In this document: positions 45,260 to 52,113 of the stretch, one piece after another | How positions within the stretch are numbered: the stretch's first letter is position 1 | Layout of the letters: each line of letters opens with the position of its first letter | Assembly: GCA_046046235.1 (NCBI GenBank) | Contig: JBJOKF010000054.1 | Location: 1 to 52,113 of the forward strand | DNA length: 52,113 bases | Origin: Planctomycetota bacterium | GTDB lineage: Bacteria; Planctomycetota; Planctomycetia; Pirellulales; UBA1268 | Direction: 5' to 3' | Position numbers and translations under genes: made by a program | The notes under the pieces: model-generated | What the model was told of the DNA's origin: nothing | The model's input: the letters and a program-made list of their open reading frames with translations, nothing else | The model's database searches: none

Positions 45260-46807
45260 CTACCGTGATCCCGCCAACTGGTGCGATCCACCAGCCGTCT
45301 TCGCGGCCCGCTGCCGCTTGAACTCGGCGATCGCCGCCTCAAGCTGCCGCTCGCTCTCGGCGTCGATTTCCTTCGACTCGTCGATCCGCTTCCGCAACTC
45401 CGGAATCTGGTCGCGGATGAAGGTCAGGAATCCCTTTTCCCAGTCGGCCACCTCCTCGCGCTTCACGTCGTCGAGGTGCCCGCGGGTGCCGGCATAGATG
45501 CTCATCACCTGGTCGACCACGTCCATCGGGGCGTATTGCCCCTGCTTGAGCAGTTCGACCATCCGGTAGCCACGGTCGAGCCGGGACTGCGTCGCGGCGT
45601 CGAGGTCGGTCCCGAGCTGGGCGAAGGCCTCGAGTTCGCGGAACGACGCCAGGTCGAGCCGCAGGCCGCCGGCCACCTTCTTCATCGCCTTCGTCTGGGC
45701 CGCACCACCCACGCGCGAGACGGAGATGCCGGCGTTCATCGCGGGCCGCTGGCCGGCGAAGAAGAGGTCGGGCTGCAGGTAGATCTGGCCGTCGGTGATC
45801 GAGATCACGTTCGTGGGGATGTACGCCGACACCTCGCCCTCGAGCGTCTCGATGATCGGCAGCGAAGTGAGCGAGCCGCCGCCGAGCTCCTTCGAGAGCT
45901 TCGCCGACCGCTCGAGAAGGCGGCTGTGGGCGTAAAACACGTCGCCCGGGTAGGCCTCGCGTCCGGGCGGCCGCCGCATCAAGAGCGAGAGCTGACGGTA
46001 GGCCGCCGCCTGCTTCGACAAGTCGTCGTAGACGATGAGGGCGTGCTGGCCGTTGTACATGAAGTGCTCGGCCATCGCCGTGCCCGAATAAGGGGCGATG
46101 TACTGCAGCGGGGCCGCGACGCTCGCACCCGCGACGATGACCGTCGTGTAGTCCATGGCGCCGTGCTTACGGAGCGTGTCGATGGCCACGGCGACCGACG
46201 AGTCCTTCTGGCCGACGGCGACATAGAAACACTTCACGCCGCTGTTCTTCTGGTTGATGATCGCGTCGATGCCGATCGCGGTCTTGCCAGTCTTGCGGTC
46301 GCCGATGATCAGCTCGCGTTGTCCGCGGCCGATCGGCGTCATCGCATCGACCGCCTTGATGCCGGTCTGCAGCGGCTCGCGCACCGGCTGCCGCTCCGCG
46401 ACACCCGGCGCGAGCGTCTCGACCGGGCGGCGCAGGTCGGTCACGACGGGCCCCTTGCCGTCGAGCGGGTTGCCGAGCGGATCGAGCACGCGGCCGACCA
46501 CCGCGTCACCCACCGGCACCGAGAGCAGACGGCCGGTGCTGCGGACCTCGTCCCCCTCAGTCACCTTCAGGTAGTCGCCGAGGATGATCACGCCGACCGA
46601 GTTTTCCTCGAGGTTGAACGCCAGACCGGTGATCCCGTGCGGGAACTCCACCATTTCGCCGGCCATGACGCCGGAGAGGCCCCAGACGCGGGCGATGCCG
46701 TCGCCCACTTCGAGGACCCTGCCGACCTCGCGGACGTCGATGCCCGACTTATAGCGGGAGATTTCCTCGCGGAGGACGGATGCGATTTCGTCGGTCAGGT
46801 GTGCCAT
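45260..46807 (-). CDS. atpA: F1 ATP synthase alpha subunit
   Basis: The ORF 45260..47056 has its canonical start [16 protein letters not shown] at the ATG at 46807. It carries GDRKTGKTA (Walker A) and the typical alpha C-terminus. Confidence 0.95.
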   Translation of the reverse strand: MAHLTDEIASVLREEISRYKSGIDVREVGRVLEVGDGIARVWGLSGVMAGEMVEFPHGITGLAFNLEENSVGVIILGDYLKVTEGDEVRSTGRLLSVPVGDAVVGRVLDPLGNPLDGKGPVVTDLRRPVETLAPGVAERQPVREPLQTGIKAVDAMTPIGRGQRELIIGDRKTGKTAIGIDAIINQKNSGVKCFYVAVGQKDSSVAVAIDTLRKHGAMDYTTVIVAGASVAAPLQYIAPYSGTAMAEHFMYNGQHALIVYDDLSKQAAAYRQLSLLMRRPPGREAYPGDVFYAHSRLLERSAKLSKELGGGSLTSLPIIETLEGEVSAYIPTNVISITDGQIYLQPDLFFAGQRPAMNAGISVSRVGGAAQTKAMKKVAGGLRLDLASFRELEAFAQLGTDLDAATQSRLDRGYRMVELLKQGQYAPMDVVDQVMSIYAGTRGHLDDVKREEVADWEKGFLTFIRDQIPELRKRIDESKEIDAESERQLEAAIAEFKRQRAAKTAGGSHQLAGSR

Positions 46808-47421
46808 GAATACTCCCCGGTTTGGATGGCGTGGATGTTGCGTTCTTGGAGACGGCCACCGAGGCGGGCGAGGCCCGTGGCGACCGACTGGTCGTAGATG
46901 GTGTCGCCGACACGGACGACGAGACCGCCGATGATGTCGGGGTCGACGGCGAACCGCGGCTTGAGCGACGCCGACAAGGCCTTCTCGGCCTCGGCGACGA
47001 TCCTGGCCTGCTCGGCGGCGTCGAGCGGGACGGCGGTCGTGAAGACGGCCTGACACCGGCCGTCGCGCTCGTCGGCCAGCCGCTCCGCCGCGTCGACGAC
47101 CGCCGCAAGCAGGCCGAGCCGGCCGTGGCGGGCCAGGACGTGCAGAGCGTTGGTCGTGGTGGGCGACAACCTCCCGTCGGCGAGACGGTCAATGATACGA
47201 TCCTTTTCGTCGGGCGCGATCTTCGGGGAGCCAAACACCGTCACCGCCTCGGGCACCTGCGGCAGCACCTCCCGGGCCAGCGCCGCGAGCTCGTCGAGCA
47301 CCTTCGCCCGGCAGCCTGCCGCCTCGGCTGCCTCGATGATCGCCTGCGCATAGATCTTCGCGACACGGTCGGCGGCGATGTCGACATGGCTGGATTCGAT
47401 CTTCGCTGCGGCGTTGCTCAT
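46795..47421 (-). CDS. atpH: F1 ATP synthase delta (OSCP) subunit
   Basis: 208 aa. The C-terminal [18 protein letters not shown] is an OSCP signature. It overlaps the atpA start by 13 nt. Confidence 0.85.
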   Translation of the reverse strand: MSNAAAKIESSHVDIAADRVAKIYAQAIIEAAEAAGCRAKVLDELAALAREVLPQVPEAVTVFGSPKIAPDEKDRIIDRLADGRLSPTTTNALHVLARHGRLGLLAAVVDAAERLADERDGRCQAVFTTAVPLDAAEQARIVAEAEKALSASLKPRFAVDPDIIGGLVVRVGDTIYDQSVATGLARLGGRLQERNIHAIQTGEYSWHT

Positions 47422-47474
47422 AGTTTCGTCCTGCGGAAGCGACTCGTCGTCGCTGCGATCGGGGCTCGAGTCGG

Positions 47475-48236
47475 TCAGTTGACGCTGGGCTTGCCGGACA
47501 GGCCGGCCACCGACTCGCGGACGAGCCGGGACTGCTCGTCAGGCCCCAACTTCTCGCGGAGGAACTTCCCCGCGACGTCGACCGCCAGGCGGCCGGCCTT
47601 CTCCGCGATCTGCGAGAGGGCGTCGTCCTTGGCGAGCTGGATTTCGTGCTTGGCGCGGGCCTTCTCCTCGTCGGAAGCCTTCCGGGCCTCCGTCAGGATC
47701 GTCTGCTTGGTGCTTTCTGCGTCGCGGCGGGCCTCATCGAGCATGCCCCGCACCTCCTCCGCGGCCTCCGTCAGCCGCCGTTCATAGGAGGCGAGCATCC
47801 GCTTGGCCTCCTCGTTGGCGGCCTTCGTCTCGGCGATCTGGCGGGCGATGCCCTCCTCGCGCGTCTCCAGGCCCTGCATGATCGGCTTCCAGGCGAACGC
47901 GGTGAGCAGGCCGAAGAGCAGCATGAACACCGCGAACGACCAGACGGCAAGATCGGTCTGAAACCAGGCGGGGCTCTCGAAGTCGGCCTGCTTCACGCCG
48001 GCCGGAGCCTGATGGCCGATGTCGGCATGATGGCCGTGCCCGGCGGCACCGTGGCCGTCGGTGGCTGCCGTCGCGACCGTCGGGCACGTCGACACGAGCA
48101 CGGCCAAGAGAGCGACAAGCTGCGCCCACTGGAAAGCCCGCCGCCGGGGCGGGGTTGCCGTGCTGAGGCCACGCGGCTGTGTCGGGCAGCTGGTCTCGGA
48201 CGAGCGGACGGCCTGATTCACGGTTGAGACTCCCAC
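47475..48236 (-). CDS. atpF: Fo ATP synthase subunit b, with a long N-terminal extension
   Basis: The core is DLAVWSFAVFMLLFGLLTAFAWKPIMQGLETREEGIARQI followed by a long coiled coil. Upstream are a signal/TM-like segment and a His-rich stretch (DGHGAAGHGHHADIGH). There is no in-frame ATG before the TM helix, so the start (GTG at 48236) is uncertain. Confidence 0.75.
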   Translation of the reverse strand: MGVSTVNQAVRSSETSCPTQPRGLSTATPPRRRAFQWAQLVALLAVLVSTCPTVATAATDGHGAAGHGHHADIGHQAPAGVKQADFESPAWFQTDLAVWSFAVFMLLFGLLTAFAWKPIMQGLETREEGIARQIAETKAANEEAKRMLASYERRLTEAAEEVRGMLDEARRDAESTKQTILTEARKASDEEKARAKHEIQLAKDDALSQIAEKAGRLAVDVAGKFLREKLGPDEQSRLVRESVAGLSGKPSVN

Positions 48237-48405
48237 GCGAGGACGAGGAACCGGTCTGGGGACGAGCGGCGAGGTTGAAGACGAATCGACTGACGCGAAC
48301 CTGGCGCGGGCGGGAGCGAATGGGGCGCTTGCCCGCCCGCGCTGCAGGTTTCACGATCGGCATGCGGGCACCCCGACGCATGCCGGGCACCGACCGCCGA
48401 CAGTC

Positions 48406-48717
48406 TCACTTCTGCGAGCAGATGAACAGCGCGTAGAACGTGAAGCCTTCGATGAGAGCGGCCGCGATGATCATCGCGGTCTGGATGCTGCCCGACACCT
48501 CGGGCTGGCGGGCCATGCTCTCGTAGGCGGCCGTGGCCAACTTGCTGATGCCGTAAGCGGCACCGATGACGACCATGCCCACGCTGAAGGCCGAGCTGAG
48601 GTCGATGAGCGAGCGGCCGGTGGCCTCCTGGGCGCTGGCAAAGTCGGCGAAGACGAGCGTCAAGGCCACGGCGGCCACGGTGGTCAGCGTGCGAGTGGAA
48701 AGAATCGAGCGGATCAT
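48406..48717 (-). CDS. atpE: Fo ATP synthase subunit c, with a signal-peptide-like N-terminal extension
   Basis: The hairpin core is GMVVIGAAYGISKLATAAYESMARQPEVSGSIQTAMIIAAALIEGFTFYALF (RQPE loop, carboxylate Glu). I chose the ATG at 48717 (MIRSILSTRTLTTVAAVALTLVFADFASAQE); the ORF track extends to 48780. Confidence 0.85.
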   Translation of the reverse strand: MIRSILSTRTLTTVAAVALTLVFADFASAQEATGRSLIDLSSAFSVGMVVIGAAYGISKLATAAYESMARQPEVSGSIQTAMIIAAALIEGFTFYALFICSQK

Positions 48718-48952
48718 CAGAGGGAAAGCTCCTTGCAAAACGAGGATTCCGGCGGAAGCCGGGACCAGGACAGGGGACAAAAAATCGGACCGGGAAACGA
48801 GTGCGTTCGGTGTGGCGCCGGGGCCTCTCTTCTGTGCCTCGAGCCGCGCGGCCCGGGGCCGCGGCGTCGAGGATTTTCCGATGAGGTTGTAAGGGTTTTT
48901 CGATGAAATTGAAGGGCAGTCTTCGGCCGGGCCGTTCGCGGGGCGGCTGCGG

Positions 48953-49969
48953 TCAGTGCTGGTGCACCGACGCCCCGATGAAGAGCGCGGACAGAAACGT
49001 GAAAATATAGGCTTGCAGGAAGGCCACGAAGAGCTCGAGCACGCTGAACAGCGCGCTCGACACGACGCTGATGCCGGTGACGGTGGCCCACAGGCCCATC
49101 GAATACGAGGCCGCCGCCGAGATCATGCCCATGATGCCGAGCAGCACCAAGTGGCCGGCGACCATGTTGGCCAGCAATCGCACCGCAAGAATCAGGTGCT
49201 TGATCAGCAGCCCGAGCATCTCGATGGCGAAGATCATCGGCTTGAGCACGATCGCCAGCGGCAGGGGCAGATCCATCGAGGGCACCTGGTTGCCAAAGAA
49301 GCCGAGGAATCCGAACTTCAGCATGCCGGCGACGACGACCGTGGCGAACGTGACGCCCGCGAGGGCGAGCGTCACCGAAAACGACGCGGTCGGCGAGCCG
49401 GCCCACGGCACCATTCCCATGAGATTGCAGCCGAGCACGAAGAAAAACAGCGTCCAGAGCAGCGGCACGAACCGGTCTCCCGTGTGCACGGCCGCGGCAT
49501 GCGCGTGGCCGTGTCCGCCGTGATGCTCCCCGTGGTGGCCGGCATCATGGTCGTCGTGGCCGTGATCGTCGATCGCGGGCCGGGCGATGTTGTCGCGGAT
49601 GAACAGCAACATCGCGTCGAACAGGTTCACGAGGCGGCCCTTGGGCGCCTCGCCGGACCGCAGCCGCGAGGCGACCCAGGTGAAGATCGCGAGCATGGCG
49701 GCCGCCACCACGAGTTCGATGATCATGTACTTCGAGATGCCGAAGCCCGACTTCACCGCGTAGAGGCTCTCGAGCTCGGCGAAGGGCTGCGGGATCAGGA
49801 TCTTGCCGTCCAGCGCCTCGTTGAACGTGGCGACGTCCTCGATGTCCGGGCTACCGGCCCGCAGGAAGGCGGGCACGTCTTCGAGCGTCCGCCAGCCGTG
49901 CCGCCACATCGCCTTTGGCACTTCGAAGAAGTAGCAGTCCTTGAGATGGTAGATCGGATTGGCTGACAT
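48953..49969 (-). CDS. atpB: Fo ATP synthase subunit a, with a His-rich insertion
   Basis: 338 aa with LAVRLLANMVAGH (essential Arg region) and FVLGCNLMGMVP. The insertion DDHGHDDHDAGHHGEHHGGHGHAHAAAVH lies between the first two helices. Confidence 0.92.
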   Translation of the reverse strand: MSANPIYHLKDCYFFEVPKAMWRHGWRTLEDVPAFLRAGSPDIEDVATFNEALDGKILIPQPFAELESLYAVKSGFGISKYMIIELVVAAAMLAIFTWVASRLRSGEAPKGRLVNLFDAMLLFIRDNIARPAIDDHGHDDHDAGHHGEHHGGHGHAHAAAVHTGDRFVPLLWTLFFFVLGCNLMGMVPWAGSPTASFSVTLALAGVTFATVVVAGMLKFGFLGFFGNQVPSMDLPLPLAIVLKPMIFAIEMLGLLIKHLILAVRLLANMVAGHLVLLGIMGMISAAASYSMGLWATVTGISVVSSALFSVLELFVAFLQAYIFTFLSALFIGASVHQH

Positions 49970-50035
49970 GGGCTCGGGGCGTCCTCGTGCGGCCGGTTCG
50001 GGAGCGGAGAGTGTGCATCGGCGGGGCGTGGTCGG

Positions 50036-50518
50036 TCAATGCGGGGCTCTCGAGCCCCCCGCTCTGGCCTTCCCGTCCACGATGTGCAGGAGCAGGTCGG
50101 TGGCCCAGAGGGTCAGGTAGAAGGCGACGAGGAGGCCCGCAGCCCCCGCGTCCCGGAGCCCCTGGCCGCCGGTGGAGAGCCAGGCGAGCGCCGCCAGGGG
50201 CAGCGTCATCCGCAGAGCGACCGACGCCAACCCCCCGGCAACGGCCTGGGCCGGCTCCCGGACCGGCATCCTCGCCAGGATCCAGCCGAAGATGGCCCCC
50301 GGCAGGCAGGCCGCCATGGCGAAGGCGACGGCGGCCGGCCACCGTGGTCGCCCGGTCCCCAGCGCAAGCGTTATCCCCGCCGCCAGACCTGCGACCGCCA
50401 GGAGAAGGATGAGCCCCAGCAACGGTTGCCGTCGAGGCACTGCGATCGGGATCTGGCCCGTGGGTTGCCCGGGGGGGGCATCCGGCTGCAGCGGCCGCTC
50501 GTCCGGGAGAAGCGTCAT
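50036..50518 (-). CDS. AtpI-like small polytopic membrane protein
   Basis: 160 aa with about four hydrophobic helices, positioned between the atpZ-like gene and atpB on the same strand. The call rests on position and hydropathy only. Confidence 0.5.
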   Translation of the reverse strand: MTLLPDERPLQPDAPPGQPTGQIPIAVPRRQPLLGLILLLAVAGLAAGITLALGTGRPRWPAAVAFAMAACLPGAIFGWILARMPVREPAQAVAGGLASVALRMTLPLAALAWLSTGGQGLRDAGAAGLLVAFYLTLWATDLLLHIVDGKARAGGSRAPH

Positions 50519-50748
50519 GAGCGGCGCGGCTGCTTGGTCAGCCGTGTCAACCAGACGAGCGCGGCCAGGAACCCGAGGAGGAATCCCAACGGCCCGAAGG
50601 CCTTCCAGCCCAGCCGATCATCGAGCCAGTTGCCGGCCACGCCCGGCAGGAACATCGCCAGGCCGATCGCCATGATCCGCGACGTCCAGACGATTCCCTC
50701 ACCGACGGGTGACACGCTCGAGCTTCGGCGGGATGGAGAATCAGTCAT
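50515..50748 (-). CDS. AtpZ/AtpI-family small membrane protein (ATPase_gene1-like)
   Basis: 77 aa from the ATG at 50748: MTDSPSRR...IMAIGLAMFLPGVAGNWLDDRLGWKAFGPLGFLLGFLAALVWL. It has two TM helices with the conserved G.WLD...G motif. An ATGA overlaps the next gene. The ORF track extends it spuriously to 51243. Confidence 0.65.
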   Translation of the reverse strand: MTDSPSRRSSSVSPVGEGIVWTSRIMAIGLAMFLPGVAGNWLDDRLGWKAFGPLGFLLGFLAALVWLTRLTKQPRRS

Positions 50749-50899
50749 TCCGGAAGTGTACACCGCGTGCGGAACGGCCGGCACGCCCCGCGACCGCGGC
50801 CCGGCGCTCCCGCGGACGCGTGCGCCGGGAGTATCCTGGCGCACTCGTGACGTGCCGTGCGGCTCGTCGACCCCCGAGCCGACCCGAGAGACGTTTGCC

Positions 50900-51988
50900 A
50901 TGGCCCGTCGCCGCCACCGCCGCCGTCGCCGCCCGCCCCGCCCCGCGCCGCTGATCGGCGGCACGACCGCCGTCGCCTCGGCCGTGGCGACGCTCCGCAT
51001 GCTCTGCTGCGACGGCGAGACCTGCCACGAGACGATCGTGCAACGGCCCGAGGAGTTGGCGATCGCCCGAGAGCGGTGGCCGGTCGTCTGGATCGATGTC
51101 GAGGGGCTCGAGGACGCGGAGATGATCCGCATGATCGGTGACGTCTTCCGGATCGGCGAACTCGCGCTCGAGGACGCCGTCACGCCCGACGAGCGGCCGA
51201 AGGTCGAGGTCTTCGGCCACCAGGTGCTGGTCGCGGTGCGCATGGCCCGGTTCGACGGCGATCAGATCGTCACCGATCCCGTCTGCATCTTTCTCGGCGA
51301 CCGCTATCTCATCACGTTCCGCGATCGGCTGGGGCACGACGGTTTCGAGTCCGTTCGTCAGCGCATCCGGCATGGCCGCACGCGGGTCGGCCACGAGGGT
51401 GCCGATGCCCTCTGCGCCCTGCTGCTCGACGCGGTCATCGACGGCTACTTCCCCGTGCTCGAGGCTTTTGGCGACCGGCTCGAGGGGCTCGAGGACGAGG
51501 CGATGAACAGCCCGAGCCGCGACTCGCTCGTGCGGATCCACGACGTCCGCAACGATCTCATGACGCTCAGACGGGCCCTGTGGCCGACCCGCGACGTGCT
51601 GCACGCGCTCGGCCGGGAGCCGACGCCCTTCGTGGGCGAACACGCCCGGACGCACTTCCGCGACTGTTACGACCACACGATGGAACTGCTCGACCTGATG
51701 GAAAGCTATCGCGAGATCGGCGCCGATTTGCGGGACATCTACCTGGCGAGTCTCAACAACCGTATGAACGACGTGATGAAGGTGCTGGCGGTGATCGCCA
51801 CGATCTTCATGCCGCTGACGTTCATCACCGGCTATTACGGGATGAACTTCGACACCGCATCGCCGTGGAACATGCCGCTCTTGCGCTATCGGTACGGCGG
51901 ACTCGTGGCGATCGCGGTGATGCTCGCCACGACGGTGGGCATGGTCGCTTTCTTCTGGCGTCGCGGCTGGCTCAAGCGCTGGCACTGA
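50900..51988 (+). CDS. corA: CorA-family magnesium/cobalt transporter
   Basis: The C-terminal YGMNF motif is followed by two TM helices. The ORF-track frame begins at 50039, but the recognisable protein starts at the ATG at 50900 (MARRRHRRRRR...) or alternatively at 50999 (MLCCDGETCHE). Confidence 0.88.
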   Translation: MARRRHRRRRRPPRPAPLIGGTTAVASAVATLRMLCCDGETCHETIVQRPEELAIARERWPVVWIDVEGLEDAEMIRMIGDVFRIGELALEDAVTPDERPKVEVFGHQVLVAVRMARFDGDQIVTDPVCIFLGDRYLITFRDRLGHDGFESVRQRIRHGRTRVGHEGADALCALLLDAVIDGYFPVLEAFGDRLEGLEDEAMNSPSRDSLVRIHDVRNDLMTLRRALWPTRDVLHALGREPTPFVGEHARTHFRDCYDHTMELLDLMESYREIGADLRDIYLASLNNRMNDVMKVLAVIATIFMPLTFITGYYGMNFDTASPWNMPLLRYRYGGLVAIAVMLATTVGMVAFFWRRGWLKRWH

Positions 51989-51989
51989 C

Positions 51990-52113
51990 TTCACGCGAAT
52001 CCTGGCCCTCCGGGCCAGATTCGCTTGGCCGGCCTCCGCCGGCTGGTGCGGCGCGTCGCATCCATGCGACGCAGTCGGGGCGCCCAACGACCAACCGTTT
52101 GGCCGGCCTCCGC
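51990..52113 (+). repeat. Second locus of the REP-like stacked-hairpin element (runs off the right edge)
   Basis: It starts right after the corA stop. The sequence ACGCGAAtcCTGGCCC-TCC-GGGCCAGaTTCGCTTGGCCGGC-CTCC-GCCGGCTGGTGC..GCGTCGC-ATCCAT-GCGACGCAGT is collinear with 22855-22940, and a second unit begins at about 52090. Confidence 0.85.

Noticed and set aside
48406-48717. Sodium-translocating c subunit or N-type ATPase.
   Set aside because: Aligned by eye to the Ilyobacter Na+ site, helix 1 has Ile where the Gln would be, and the carboxylate is followed by Gly-Phe rather than Ser/Thr. The operon order with delta, alpha, gamma, beta and epsilon is that of a standard F-type enzyme. AtpZ-like and AtpI-like genes also occur in ordinary F-type operons.

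Overview
This is a very GC-rich bacterial window (not computed; by eye about two-thirds to 70% G+C). It is densely packed with core housekeeping genes. Gene content suggests a Planctomycetota-like organism: a PEP-CTERM protein with autotransporter-type beta-strand repeats, a TAT-signal Gfo/Idh/MocA oxidoreductase, a fused aroD-aroE, and an RND pair with no outer-membrane gene. That taxonomic call is inference only.

Recognisable content, left to right:
- a partial Ser/Thr kinase and a 2-hydroxyacid dehydrogenase
- a DoxX-like protein and an oxidoreductase
- single-chain glycine dehydrogenase behind a tandem glycine riboswitch
- a CzcB/CzcA-type metal efflux pair
- a PEP-CTERM surface protein plus a hypothetical protein with a His/Cys dyad
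- an imuA-imuB-dnaE2 mutagenesis cassette
- purC, aroC, a membrane desaturase, rpsO-pnp
- a sensorless histidine kinase with a sigma-54 activator
- mutL, aroDE, aroK, a prepilin peptidase, an OmpA-like lipoprotein, hisH-hisA, cysE
- a complete F1Fo ATP synthase operon (atpZ-I-B-E-F-H-A-G-D-C) and corA

I found no transposase, integrase, CRISPR array or recognisable defence gene, so I cannot support a clear-cut novel multi-gene system.

The most unusual signals are non-coding or sub-genic:
1. A stacked-hairpin repeat family lies directly after the dnaE2 and corA stop codons, with compensatory base changes between the two loci.
2. Two different in-frame minisatellites sit inside imuA.
3. A 28-nt palindromic repeat occurs at two unrelated loci.
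4. A candidate promoter/operator precedes the mutagenesis cassette.
5. A possible clan-CD-like peptidase appears to be co-transcribed with the PEP-CTERM protein.
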